A stretch of DNA of 49,460 nucleotides from an uncultured Candidatus Saccharibacteria bacterium (GTDB taxonomy: Bacteria > Patescibacteriota > Minisyncoccia > Phycocordibacterales > JAKFXT01), in assembly GCA_964348535.1 (NCBI GenBank), contig CAYGDB010000001.1:1-49460 (forward strand). The letters run 5' to 3'. The notes beneath the pieces are model-generated. The model ran no database searches. It saw only the letters and a list, made by a program, of their open reading frames with translations, and was not told the DNA's origin. Below are positions 1-9,558 of this stretch, piece after piece. The position numbers were made by a program, and so were the translations under genes. Every line of letters begins with the position of its first letter. Within the stretch, counting starts at the first letter, position 1.

Positions 1-94
1 AATTTTCCATACAATTCTCATTTTAGAGTGTTCGGATTCAAAGGTAAATTTCCCAATAACCCTAATTGTGGGGTTATTTGAAAAGGAGGGCGAA

Positions 95-568
95 ATGCCT
101 AAAAATTTGACTGTTGCTGACTGCGAATCTTTGGGCATGAAGATGCCTTGCAACCAAATGGACAATGGCGAGTACCGTTTTCGGATGATGTCATCTTCTG
201 ACGGCTCGGGCTATATCCGGACGGTAATGCCAGACAACGACCGTGGCTGGCAGAATGCCCATTACCACGGGGGCGTCATGGAGACCATTATTGTCCAAGA
301 GGGTTGGGTTGCTAGCGCTGATTTACTCCCCAGTGGGGAGCGCAAAATCACCATCTTCAAGAAGAATGATGTTTGGACCTCGCGGCCTGGACACGCTCAC
401 AACATCTACATGCCGGCCGGCGCCGTGACGCACTGCATTAAGCACGGTCAAGATGTCGGTAACCCAGAGAAAAATGGAGCTGATTGGTATCCGGCTCCAG
501 AGGATTTCGACTCATGGTCGAAGTCTCTCTCGGAAGAAGACATCTTTCGCCTCGCTGGTTCTTCGTAA
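95..568 (+). CDS. Cupin-fold protein (WbuC-like small beta-barrel); G+C-rich single-gene cassette
   Basis: ORF track 68..568. I moved the start to ATG 95 because AAGGAGG (82-88) lies 6 nt upstream. It has His-rich cupin-like strands (WQNAHYHGG ... RPGHAHNIYMPAG) and is followed by a strong terminator. Confidence 0.65.
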   Translation: MPKNLTVADCESLGMKMPCNQMDNGEYRFRMMSSSDGSGYIRTVMPDNDRGWQNAHYHGGVMETIIVQEGWVASADLLPSGERKITIFKKNDVWTSRPGHAHNIYMPAGAVTHCIKHGQDVGNPEKNGADWYPAPEDFDSWSKSLSEEDIFRLAGSS

Positions 569-584
569 AAACCAGAAATCAATC

Positions 585-622
585 ATCACCCAACCGGCTT
601 TATCGGTTGGGTGATTTTTTTT
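585..622 (+). terminator. Rho-independent terminator
   Basis: Perfect 12-bp stem ATCACCCAACCG (585-596) / CGGTTGGGTGAT (604-615), a 7-nt loop, then a T-run to 622. Confidence 0.85.
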
Positions 623-661
623 GCAACACCATTCGCTTTCTAGTTGGGTTATACTGGATAT

Positions 662-1660
662 ATGAAAATCCTAATTGCAACAGGTGTTTTTCCTCCGGAT
701 ATCGGGGGGCCATCGCAATACGCCAAAAATCTCTATGATGAGTTTGAGAGCGAGGGGCACGAAGTGTCGGTGGCTCGCTATTCTATAGAACATCATCTGC
801 CTATAGGCATAAGGCATTTTGTTTTTTTTATTAAAGCTTTTTACCATCTCTTGTGGGCGGATTATGCTATCGCCATGGATACTTTCAGTGTTGGAGTGCC
901 GACCATTCTTGCCGCTTACTTGCTTCGCAAAAAGGTGGTGGTTCGGATAGGCGGGGATTTTCTTTGGGAGTCTTATGTGGAGAGGACTGGAAATCTTGTA
1001 ACAATGCGAGAGTTCTATAAGCATTTGCCGAAGATTTCTCTCAAAGAAAAAGTTATTTTTTGGATAAGAAAAAAAGTGTTGCCTCTTGCGGACAAACTTG
1101 TTTTTACCACCACTTGGCAGATGGACATAACCCTCTCCTCTCACGGTTTTGACAAAAAGCGCGCCACAATCATTGAAAACTTTTTCAGGAATGATACCGG
1201 TTTGCCGTATTCTCAAAAAAATTTCATATGGACCGTCCGTCCTCTAAAACTCAAAAACGGACGTTTGCTTTACAGGGCTTTTGCCGAGGCTAGAAAAACC
1301 GACCCTGAACTTACTTTGGATGATGGGCGTTACTCTTACGATGAAATGCTTGAGCGAGTTAAATCTTGTTATGCCGTGATACTGCCTTCCATAAGCGACG
1401 ATAGTCCCAATCTTATTTTAGATGCCATCTCTTACGGCAAACCGTTTATTTTGACAAAGGAAAGTGGCTACTATGAAAAATTTAAGGATATAGGATTGTT
1501 TGTTGACCCTTTCAGCGAAAATGATATTACAGAGAAAATTTTAATGCTTGCGAACCCAGTCAACTATGAAGTCTATAGGCAAAAAGTTATTTCCTATAAA
1601 TTTACCCACGGCTACAGAGAAATAGCTTCTGAATATCTTAAGCTCTATAATTTATTATGA
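662..1660 (+). CDS. GT-B fold glycosyltransferase (GT4-like)
   Basis: ORF 644..1660, with the start moved to ATG 662 (MKILIATGVFPPDIGGPSQY, a typical GT4 N-terminus). The C-terminal sugar-nucleotide region reads ILPSISDDSPNLILDAISYGKPFI. The family call is by motif only. Confidence 0.7.
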   Translation: MKILIATGVFPPDIGGPSQYAKNLYDEFESEGHEVSVARYSIEHHLPIGIRHFVFFIKAFYHLLWADYAIAMDTFSVGVPTILAAYLLRKKVVVRIGGDFLWESYVERTGNLVTMREFYKHLPKISLKEKVIFWIRKKVLPLADKLVFTTTWQMDITLSSHGFDKKRATIIENFFRNDTGLPYSQKNFIWTVRPLKLKNGRLLYRAFAEARKTDPELTLDDGRYSYDEMLERVKSCYAVILPSISDDSPNLILDAISYGKPFILTKESGYYEKFKDIGLFVDPFSENDITEKILMLANPVNYEVYRQKVISYKFTHGYREIASEYLKLYNLL

Positions 1661-2763
1661 GAGTTTTAACCATAGGCACAGATAAAAGAATTTTTGAAGA
1701 TGGTAGTCCCACTCAAACGCGGATTATTTCTTACGGTGGCATTGTTGAAGAATTGCATATCGTCTGTTTTACGAAAAAAGGTTTTAAAGAAAAAAAGATT
1801 TCTCCGAATGTTTATGTCTATCCAACCAATTCCATAAGTAAATTATTCTGGATTACGGACGCCTCATCTTTTTCAAAAGTCTTTCTTTCAAAAAAAATAG
1901 ATTTAGTCAGCGCTCAAGACCCGTTTGAGTCAGGACTCGTAGCTTTTTTTATAGCCCGAAAATTGAAGGCCAAACTTCATATCCAGATTCACACCGATTT
2001 TTTGAGCCCGTATTTTTGGAAGGAGTCTTTTTTAAATAAAATTCGGGTTGTAATAGCGAAGTTTCTTTTGCCTAGAGCCGACGGTATCCGGGTAGTATCT
2101 AAAAGAATTAATGATTCCCTAAAAGCTAACAGCTTCAAGCTAAAAGCTGTCCCTGTGGTTCTTCCAATCAGGGCAAATTTTCAAAGGGTCGGTGATAGAG
2201 ATTTTTTGAAAAGTAAATACCCGGCTTTTCAGGATTTTATTCTTATGGTCGGTCGTTTGGAGAGAGAAAAAAACATATCCCTCGCCATTCAATCTTTTGC
2301 CGAAGTTTCTAAATCATTTGAAAAAGTGGCTCTTGTGATTGTGGGTGATGGCTCATTGAATAAATCTTTAAAAAAAGAAGCTGAAAGATTGAAAATAGAG
2401 GACAAAGTTTTTTTTGAAGGTTGGCAGGAGAAACTGGAAAATTATTACGGTAGCGCCTCTTTACTTCTCCACGCATCCTCATATGAAGGTTACGGTTTGA
2501 CTCTCTTTGAGGCCGGTATTGCGGGACTTCCCATAGTTTCAACAAATGTCGGTATTGCGGAAGAAATGAGAGATTTAGGCTCGGCTATTTTTATTACGGA
2601 TGGTGACAAAAACAACGTTTCAAGTGTTATTAAAAAAGCGCTTGAGACGCTTCCTGAAGCCAGGGAGAAAGCCTTAAAGGGCAAGGAAATTATTTCAAAA
2701 ACACTTCTTTCAGAAGATGAATACCTTGAGCGTTACAAGTTGGCTTGGGAAAAATCTTTATGA
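1657..2763 (+). CDS. Glycosyltransferase family 4
   Basis: ATGA overlap with the upstream gene. Classic GT4 C-terminal motif LLLHASSYEGYGLTLFEAGIAGLPIVSTNVG (E-x7-E). Confidence 0.85.
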   Translation: MRVLTIGTDKRIFEDGSPTQTRIISYGGIVEELHIVCFTKKGFKEKKISPNVYVYPTNSISKLFWITDASSFSKVFLSKKIDLVSAQDPFESGLVAFFIARKLKAKLHIQIHTDFLSPYFWKESFLNKIRVVIAKFLLPRADGIRVVSKRINDSLKANSFKLKAVPVVLPIRANFQRVGDRDFLKSKYPAFQDFILMVGRLEREKNISLAIQSFAEVSKSFEKVALVIVGDGSLNKSLKKEAERLKIEDKVFFEGWQEKLENYYGSASLLLHASSYEGYGLTLFEAGIAGLPIVSTNVGIAEEMRDLGSAIFITDGDKNNVSSVIKKALETLPEAREKALKGKEIISKTLLSEDEYLERYKLAWEKSL

Positions 2764-2777
2764 TAGAGTAACCGACT

Positions 2778-3653
2778 ATGTTAAATAAAAAAGCAAAGAA
2801 ACCGCGCATAGGTTTTATAGGACAGGGATTTATCGGCAAAAATTATGCCGATGATTTTGAGCGAAGGGGATATCAGGTTGTTAGATATTCAATGGAAGAA
2901 CCGCATGTCAAAAATGGTGGTAAGATATCAGATTGCGATATTGTTTTTATAGCGGTGCCAACTCCGACCACTCCAAAGGGTTTTAGCGCTGATATAGTAA
3001 AAAAGGTGGTGAAACTTGTCGGGCGGGAAAAAATTGCCGTTATCAAATCTACGATTGTTCCAGGTACCACTAAAAAGATTCAAAAAGAAAATCCCAAAAT
3101 CACGGTTTTGTATTCACCGGAGTTTTTAAGTGAAGCGACTGCCTCTTACGATGCCTCTCATCCGTTTTCAAATATTGTGGGAGTTTCCAAAAAAGGAAAA
3201 CTCCAAGAAAATGCCGCCAAACTTGTTCACAGTGTTCTTCCAAAGGCTGATTTCACTCTTACTTGCGATAGTAGTGAAGCTGAAATTATAAAATACGGCC
3301 ACAATGTGAGCGGTTACATGCAGATTTTAACTTTCAATATATTGTATGACTTGGCCAAGGCTTTGGGTGGCGATTGGAAGAATATAGGAAAAGCTTTTAA
3401 GGCTGATGCTATGATTCCCAATCGCTATTCGGATCCGGTTCACAAAAACGGACGGGGCGCCGGTGGAAATTGTTTTATAAAAGATTTTGCCGCCATTTCT
3501 TCTTTGTATAAAGAAATAGTAAAAGATTCCAAAGGACTGGCCCTTATTAAAGCGGCTGAAGATAAAAATATTAATCTTCTGGTGTCTTCTCGTAAAGATT
3601 TGGCTTTAGTTGAGGGAGTTTATGGAAAAAAAGTTCTCAAAAAAAGTCGCTAA
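2778..3653 (+). CDS. Short UDP-glucose/GDP-mannose dehydrogenase-family protein lacking the C-terminal domain
   Basis: Rossmann start RIGFIGQGFIGKNY and catalytic-Cys motif GAGGNCFIKD. The protein is only 291 aa and ends ~60 aa after the Cys. Confidence 0.7.
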   Translation: MLNKKAKKPRIGFIGQGFIGKNYADDFERRGYQVVRYSMEEPHVKNGGKISDCDIVFIAVPTPTTPKGFSADIVKKVVKLVGREKIAVIKSTIVPGTTKKIQKENPKITVLYSPEFLSEATASYDASHPFSNIVGVSKKGKLQENAAKLVHSVLPKADFTLTCDSSEAEIIKYGHNVSGYMQILTFNILYDLAKALGGDWKNIGKAFKADAMIPNRYSDPVHKNGRGAGGNCFIKDFAAISSLYKEIVKDSKGLALIKAAEDKNINLLVSSRKDLALVEGVYGKKVLKKSR

Positions 3654-3674
3654 AGTTTTTAGCGGACCACGGCC

Positions 3675-4400
3675 ATGAAGCTTTCCGTTATTATTCCGGT
3701 TTATAATGAAGAGCGGACAACAATTCGTCTTTTGGATAAGGTTTTTGCGGTTGATTTCGGTGATACGGAAATAGAGGTCATTGTTATTGATGACGGTTCA
3801 AAAGACGCAACCTCGGATTTGCTTTCCAAACATACTCACCCGATATTTTTGTTTAATCACGAAAAAAATCTCGGGAAAGGTTTGGCCATTCAAACCGGAA
3901 TAAAAAAGGCGACAGGAGATTATGTCGTCATTCAAGATGCCGACTTGGAATACAATCCTGAAGATTTGAGATTTTTGATGGATACGGCGAAAGCTCATAA
4001 AGCCAAGGCCGTTTTTGGTTCCCGCCGACTTTCTTTTGCTGATAGTATAAATGTTCACGGCAGGTGGTATTTTTACGCAGGTGGAGTTTTTCTGACAACT
4101 TTGGCGAATTTTTTATATGGCACAAAAATTACCGATGAGCCGACTTGTTATAAAATGATTGATAGAAAACTATTAGAAGCTCTCAATATAGAATCAAAAG
4201 GATTTGAATTTTGTCCGGAAGTGGTTGCCAAAATTGGCCGCCTCAAGATTCCTATTTTTGAAATACCCATTCGTTATAATCCCCGAAGTCTTAGAGAAGG
4301 GAAGAAGATAAAAGCCAGAGACGGCCTTGTGGCTATTTGGACTCTTGTGAAGTATCGTTTTGCTAAAATGCCATCCAGCATGGATATATACAAAATATGA
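3675..4400 (+). CDS. GT2 polyprenyl-phosphate sugar synthase (DPM1/GtrB/ArnC-like)
   Basis: Motifs MKLSVIIPVYNEE, VIDDGSKDAT, VIQDADLEYNPED; 241 aa. Confidence 0.85.
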   Translation: MKLSVIIPVYNEERTTIRLLDKVFAVDFGDTEIEVIVIDDGSKDATSDLLSKHTHPIFLFNHEKNLGKGLAIQTGIKKATGDYVVIQDADLEYNPEDLRFLMDTAKAHKAKAVFGSRRLSFADSINVHGRWYFYAGGVFLTTLANFLYGTKITDEPTCYKMIDRKLLEALNIESKGFEFCPEVVAKIGRLKIPIFEIPIRYNPRSLREGKKIKARDGLVAIWTLVKYRFAKMPSSMDIYKI

Positions 4401-5503
4401 CAAAGAAAATTATATTATTAATTATTTTAGTCGATGTTCTTGTAATGGGTTTGGTTTTTTCCGTTTCCGGTTTTTATAACGGCAGTGTTGATACGGAAGA
4501 ATATGTTGGACAAATCAGATACCAAGGGGGAGAAGATGAGGTTTTGAGTGAGGCCGTTAAAATGCGGCTTTTTAAACCGATGTATGGAGTTATCGGTGCC
4601 GCTCTCTTGCCGATTGTGGAGCCTGAGACATCAATACTTTTTACTAACATCTCATTTTTTGTAGGTCTTTCTATCGCGTTCTTTTTTTTCCTGAAGTTTC
4701 TTCAGTTTGGCGAAGCCACCTCTTTTGTAGGTACGCTTTGGCTAATCTCCGGATATCCGCTTCTTAAATATGGTTTAGCTCTCGGAACGGACATGTCTGG
4801 TTGGTTTTTTGCCGTGCTTGCCGGTGTTTTGGGCCTTGCGGGATTGAAAACGGGAAAATTTTGGCCTTTAGTCCTCTCATCCATAGCGGGCTTTGTTGGA
4901 TTCTTGGGAAAGGAGACGGGGATACTCGGTTTGGGTTTTGTGGGACTCTTTTTTCTTTTTAGTTGGGATAGAAATAAGGCCGGTTTATTTTTTAAACGTC
5001 TTGTCGCGATTTCTTTGCCGTTCGTATTACTCGAGGGAATTTATATGATCTATCTTTTTTCAAATGGTATACCGACATTTTTTGATTGGTATAGAGTTGA
5101 CGGCGAAGACACAAAGATATTTCAAACTATTCCATATTTTACCGGTATTGAAGTAGCGGCCTTTCATATTTTGTTTTTATTTGCATCTGCCGGTATATTT
5201 TTTGCCATACGCGAAAAAGAGTTTTTAACAAAACAATGGCTGGCGAAGTTCCTGCCACTCCTTATTGTTTCTTTGCCGGTTATTCTCTGGCCGATTTATA
5301 CCACTCGTATTATTTACAGCCAGTTCTTTTTTATTATTCCGATGGCTCTTTATGGGGTAGATAAGTTTTTGTCTAAAATCAGTCTTGAGCCACGAAGGAG
5401 AACGATGGCTATTTTAATCGCCGCTTTGCCGGTTCTTATAAGTGTCGCTCTTTTTATTATCGCTCGCGGAAGATCGCTGTTTATTCTATTCAATCTAATT
5501 TAG
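4397..5503 (+). CDS. Polytopic membrane protein, possible small GT-C-type glycosyltransferase
   Basis: ATGA overlap with the GT2 gene. About 10 hydrophobic helices and an acidic first loop (NGSVDTEEY). The function is inferred from context only. Confidence 0.45.
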   Translation: MTKKIILLIILVDVLVMGLVFSVSGFYNGSVDTEEYVGQIRYQGGEDEVLSEAVKMRLFKPMYGVIGAALLPIVEPETSILFTNISFFVGLSIAFFFFLKFLQFGEATSFVGTLWLISGYPLLKYGLALGTDMSGWFFAVLAGVLGLAGLKTGKFWPLVLSSIAGFVGFLGKETGILGLGFVGLFFLFSWDRNKAGLFFKRLVAISLPFVLLEGIYMIYLFSNGIPTFFDWYRVDGEDTKIFQTIPYFTGIEVAAFHILFLFASAGIFFAIREKEFLTKQWLAKFLPLLIVSLPVILWPIYTTRIIYSQFFFIIPMALYGVDKFLSKISLEPRRRTMAILIAALPVLISVALFIIARGRSLFILFNLI

Positions 5504-5506
5504 CTT

Positions 5507-6568
5507 ATGAGAATTTTAATCGTTACTCAAAGTGTAGACCAGGACGATAGTATTCTTGGATTTTTTCACAGATGGATTGAAGAGTTTTCAAAACACGCCG
5601 AAGAAGTGAAAGTTGTTTGTCTTAAAGAAGGGAAACATAACTTGCCATCGAAGGTTGAAGTCTTCTCTCTTGGTAAAGAAAATATTAGCGGGTCATTATT
5701 TTCAAAGCGGTTAAGGTACACTTTTCGGTTTCTGCTATACATAATAAAAAATAGAAATGAATACGATTCGGTTTTTGTCCATATGAATCCGGAGTACGTG
5801 GTTCTTGGGGGAATTTTCTGGCGAATGATGGGTAAAAAAATAACGCTTTGGTATACACATAGGCAAGTCACGCTGAAGTTAAGGATTGCGACCTTGCTTT
5901 CCGACGTGATTCTAACTGCTACTCCGGAAAGTTTTATTTTGAAAAGCGCCAAGGTTCACTTTATAGGGCACGGGATAGATACTAAAATATTCGGCTCTGT
6001 TTTTAAAAGTGACAAGTTGCTCAATGATCCGATTAGAATTATGAGCGTTGGACGAATTACTCCCATTAAAAATCCGGATATTATTCTTGAAGCTCTCTCT
6101 ATTCTTAAAAAAGAAGGACTGGCTTTTGAGGCGACAATCATAGGGTCGCCATCGGTAGATTCCGACCATCTTTATTTAGAATCGCTTAAAAAAGATGTTT
6201 CTAGAATGTCGCTTGGCAAAGAAGTGAAGTTTTTAGGAAGTGTCTCTCCGGACAAAATGAAAGAACAGTACGCGTGGCACGATATCTCTGTCAATCTAAC
6301 TCCTACGGGCGGTCTTGATAAGGTTGTTTTGGAGAGCATGGCTTCAGGAACAATTCCCATTACATCCAACAAAGCATTTAGGAGTCTTTTTGGAGAATAC
6401 TGGTCGATGCTTATTTGTGATGAGCATAATTCCCAAAGCCTCGCCTTCTTGATAAAAAAGCTTATCAATTACAAAGATATTATTTCTTTGAGAACTTTTT
6501 TAAAAAGAAAGGTTGATCAAAAGGGAAGTGTAAATTTAATAGTGGAGCGTATTTTTTCATACTTATGA
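5507..6568 (+). CDS. GT-B fold glycosyltransferase (GT4-like)
   Basis: MRILIVTQSVDQDDSILGFFHRWIEEF N-terminus and C-terminal GGLDKVVLESMASGTIPITSN. Confidence 0.75.
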   Translation: MRILIVTQSVDQDDSILGFFHRWIEEFSKHAEEVKVVCLKEGKHNLPSKVEVFSLGKENISGSLFSKRLRYTFRFLLYIIKNRNEYDSVFVHMNPEYVVLGGIFWRMMGKKITLWYTHRQVTLKLRIATLLSDVILTATPESFILKSAKVHFIGHGIDTKIFGSVFKSDKLLNDPIRIMSVGRITPIKNPDIILEALSILKKEGLAFEATIIGSPSVDSDHLYLESLKKDVSRMSLGKEVKFLGSVSPDKMKEQYAWHDISVNLTPTGGLDKVVLESMASGTIPITSNKAFRSLFGEYWSMLICDEHNSQSLAFLIKKLINYKDIISLRTFLKRKVDQKGSVNLIVERIFSYL

Positions 6569-7188
6569 AATTGGAAAAACAAGTAGATAAAAGCGCTTAC
6601 TCATTTGAACGTTATGTAAAAATTGACCGTTGGTCCAGTTATTTTTATCAATTAAGAGAGATTCTCTATAAGAATCCTTCTTCGGTCCTTGAGGTTGGCG
6701 TGGGTGACGGGATGGTTGGAGATTATTTATTGAATCATACAAAGGTTGATTACAAATCGCTTGATATAGCCGAAGACTTAAAACCTGATATTCTTGGTAG
6801 CGTAACCGACATTCCATTGCCGGATAATTCTTTTGACATGGTTTGCGCATTTGAGATTTTGGAACATTTACCTTTCTCAAGTTTTGACAAAGCGATTTCG
6901 GAACTTTTTAGAGTGTCAAAAAGTTTTGTAATTATCAGTTTGCCTCATTTCGGACCCCCTGTTATTTTTGATTTAAAATTCCCATTTTTGCCCCACGTTA
7001 AGTTTGCTCTTAAAATTCCTTATCCTAAGAAGCATATTTTCAACGGTCAGCATTATTGGGAAATAGGAAAGAGCGGTTATTCCGCAAAGAAGATAAAAAA
7101 TGTTTTAAAAACATATGGGAATTTGGTTTCAGAGTTTGTGCCATTTGAAAATCAGTATCACCATTTTTTTATTTTAAAAAAGAAATGA
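6565..7188 (+). CDS. Class I SAM-dependent methyltransferase
   Basis: ATGA overlap. SAM motif I VLEVGVGDGMVGDYL, followed by FDMVCAFEILEHL. Confidence 0.75.
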   Translation: MKLEKQVDKSAYSFERYVKIDRWSSYFYQLREILYKNPSSVLEVGVGDGMVGDYLLNHTKVDYKSLDIAEDLKPDILGSVTDIPLPDNSFDMVCAFEILEHLPFSSFDKAISELFRVSKSFVIISLPHFGPPVIFDLKFPFLPHVKFALKIPYPKKHIFNGQHYWEIGKSGYSAKKIKNVLKTYGNLVSEFVPFENQYHHFFILKKK

Positions 7189-8243
7189 CAAAAGTATATA
7201 TAGGAGAACTTATTCCGAATTTGGCTCATATCCCGCTTCTTTATCCGAATTTGGGCCCCGCTAAAGTCGGAGGGGCGCTTTTTACGGATGAGGTGTTTAA
7301 ATTCTACAAAGAACCGGCTGTCCAAATCGTCAGCAATCCGGAAGAAGCCGATTTTATTCTTTTACCCCATGTCTACTCTAAGGCGAAACGATACCAAAGC
7401 TATATGGTTTCTTTGCTGTCTCTTTCAAAAGAAAAAAATAAACCTCTCATTATTTTCGCCTATGGCGATAAAGATGAAGATGTGCCTTATTCAAACACGA
7501 TTGTTTTTAGATATTCGCAGTATCGCTATAAAAAGAAATCGAATGATTTTATAATGCCTGCGTATTCAAGCGACTTGCTTCAAGGGGAATTATCTCTTCG
7601 GCAGAAGAAAGATGAATTACCTGTAATTGGCTTTTGCGGTTGGGCTGATTATCAGACCAATAATAATCTCTTAAAAGCATCTATTAAACACGCTATTTTG
7701 GATTTAAGAAAAATTGCGCAATTTCGCCCAGAACTTGAGTCCAGAAAAAAGGGAATTTATTTCAGAAAAAAAGCTTTGGAATCATTGTCTGGTTCTCCTC
7801 TTGTTAAAACCAATTTTATTATAAGAAAGTCTCACGGCTTGCACCGAGCCACTGTTGATTTTGATCCCGAGAAAGCTCGTTTGGAATATATCAAAAACAC
7901 ACTGGATTCGGATTTTTGTTTGTCTGTTAAAGGGGACGGGAACGCCTCGGTTCGTTTTTATGAAATTCTTTCGCTCGGAAGGATTCCTCTTTTTATTGAT
8001 ACAGAGTCGCTTCTGCCATTTGAGGACAAAATAAATTACCGCTCTTTGATGCCTTGGGTTGATTACAAAAATATAGAAGACGCTCCGATAATTGTCGGTA
8101 AGTTTTACGCCTCTCTTTCAAATGAGGAGTTTAAAAATATCCAAAGAAAATGCAGGGAAGTGTTTGAGAAGTATTTAAGGATAGATTCTTTTTTCAAGGA
8201 AACCTTTAGGGGCCCCGAAGAGTTAAAGAAATATGTCCGTTGA
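7185..8243 (+). CDS. Exostosin-like (GT47-like) glycosyltransferase
   Basis: ATGA overlap. The C-terminal block DFCLSVKGDGNASVRFYEILSLGRIPLFIDTES resembles the exostosin-family signature. Confidence 0.5.
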   Translation: MTKVYIGELIPNLAHIPLLYPNLGPAKVGGALFTDEVFKFYKEPAVQIVSNPEEADFILLPHVYSKAKRYQSYMVSLLSLSKEKNKPLIIFAYGDKDEDVPYSNTIVFRYSQYRYKKKSNDFIMPAYSSDLLQGELSLRQKKDELPVIGFCGWADYQTNNNLLKASIKHAILDLRKIAQFRPELESRKKGIYFRKKALESLSGSPLVKTNFIIRKSHGLHRATVDFDPEKARLEYIKNTLDSDFCLSVKGDGNASVRFYEILSLGRIPLFIDTESLLPFEDKINYRSLMPWVDYKNIEDAPIIVGKFYASLSNEEFKNIQRKCREVFEKYLRIDSFFKETFRGPEELKKYVR

Positions 8244-8306
8244 TATCAACCACAGGTCTTTAATTTGCTTGGTAGAAAATTCTCTGATAAAATGCCTTTC
8301 TTAAAT

Positions 8307-9488
8307 ATGAAGTGTCTTTTATGTAATGAAGAAACAGCAATAGAGTTTTTGGATTTGGGACAGCAGCCTCTTGCCAATAAGTATCCGAAGAAGGAAGAAT
8401 TTGAAAAAGAAGATTTCTTTCCTCTGAAGGTTTTTTTCTGCCCTTCATGTAAAAATGTACAGCTTGGGACAATAGTTTCTCGCGAGAGGATGTTTGAAGA
8501 TTATTACTACCTTTCTTCTGTAAACCAAGGCCTTGTCAGACACTTTGAAAAGTTTGCGGAAAAAATGTCAGAAGCAAATTTTGTCGTTGATGTCGGCTCA
8601 AACGACGGCATTTTTCTAAAACCCCTTAAAGCTCTTGGGGTTAAAGCCCTTGGGGTGGAGCCGTCTATAAATGTTTCTAAAATTGCTAATGACGCCGGAC
8701 TTGAAACCATTACGTCTTTTTTTAATGGAGAGGCGGTGGCGGAAATAGAAAAAAAGTGGGGCAAGCCCGATGTTATTGTAGCAAGTAGCATATTTACTCA
8801 TTTGGAAGACCCACACCAATTCGTCAAAGATGTGAAGGAACTTCTTACAGAGAACGGTGAATTCATTATAGAAGTGGAATACATCGGCAATATGATAAAA
8901 GATGTTCAGTTTGAAAGATTTTATCTTGACAGAATATTTTATTACTCACTTACTTCGCTCAAGAAACTTTTTGAAGGTCATGGTATGTATATATCTGATG
9001 TAGAAAAAATAGAACCGCATGGAGGCTCTATAAGAGTGACTGCCAAGAATACGGGCGGCAATAATTCTCCGTCTGATTCCGTTTTGAAACTTATTGAGGA
9101 AGAGAAGGAAACCCTAACCGACTCAAAGCTTAAAGAATTTGGCAAAATAACCGAATCTTATGTTCGTGATTTTAAAAAGAAACTTGAGGAGTATAAGCAA
9201 TCAGGTTTGAAGGTGGGAGGTTATGGAGCGCCTGCTCGGGTTGCCACCATCTGCAATTACGGAAAAATAGGACCCTCACTGATTGAATTTATTGTGGATG
9301 ATAGTCCTTTGAAGCAAAATAGATTTAGTCCCGGAACTCACATTCCGATTGTTCCAAAAAGTTTTTTGGACAAAAACGGCGCCGATGTTCTGGCGGTATT
9401 CGCTTACGAGTATTTTGATGACATAAAGAAAAAGACCGAAGGCGCTTACAGATATTTGATACCGATACCGCCGAGGGAGGTGATTTAA
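8307..9488 (+). CDS. NDP-sugar C-methyltransferase family protein (Zn-ribbon + SAM MTase + C-methyltransferase C-terminal domain)
   Basis: ORF 8265..9488 starts at TTG. I prefer ATG 8307 (MKCLLCNEETAIEFLDLGQQPLANKYP). It has a Cys4 ribbon (CLLC...CPSC) and SAM motif VVDVGSNDGIFL. Confidence 0.7.
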   Translation: MKCLLCNEETAIEFLDLGQQPLANKYPKKEEFEKEDFFPLKVFFCPSCKNVQLGTIVSRERMFEDYYYLSSVNQGLVRHFEKFAEKMSEANFVVDVGSNDGIFLKPLKALGVKALGVEPSINVSKIANDAGLETITSFFNGEAVAEIEKKWGKPDVIVASSIFTHLEDPHQFVKDVKELLTENGEFIIEVEYIGNMIKDVQFERFYLDRIFYYSLTSLKKLFEGHGMYISDVEKIEPHGGSIRVTAKNTGGNNSPSDSVLKLIEEEKETLTDSKLKEFGKITESYVRDFKKKLEEYKQSGLKVGGYGAPARVATICNYGKIGPSLIEFIVDDSPLKQNRFSPGTHIPIVPKSFLDKNGADVLAVFAYEYFDDIKKKTEGAYRYLIPIPPREVI

Positions 9489-9505
9489 GCCAAAAATAAA
9501 AGGTT

Positions 9506-9533
9506 TTACAGAATTAAAATAATGGTTTATAGT
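9506..9533 (+). promoter_or_regulatory. Candidate sigma70-type promoter
   Basis: TTACAG (9506-9511), 16-nt spacer, TATAGT (9528-9533), in the 70-nt gap before the SDR gene. Confidence 0.35.
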
Positions 9534-9558
9534 ATCTTTTCATACGTATTTTAAACAT

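Noticed and set aside
671-1216. 181-aa ORF on the minus strand
   Set aside because: It is fully antisense to a glycosyltransferase gene with clear GT-B motifs. The product is K/R/F-rich low-complexity sequence typical of antisense frames in AT-rich DNA, with no start context.
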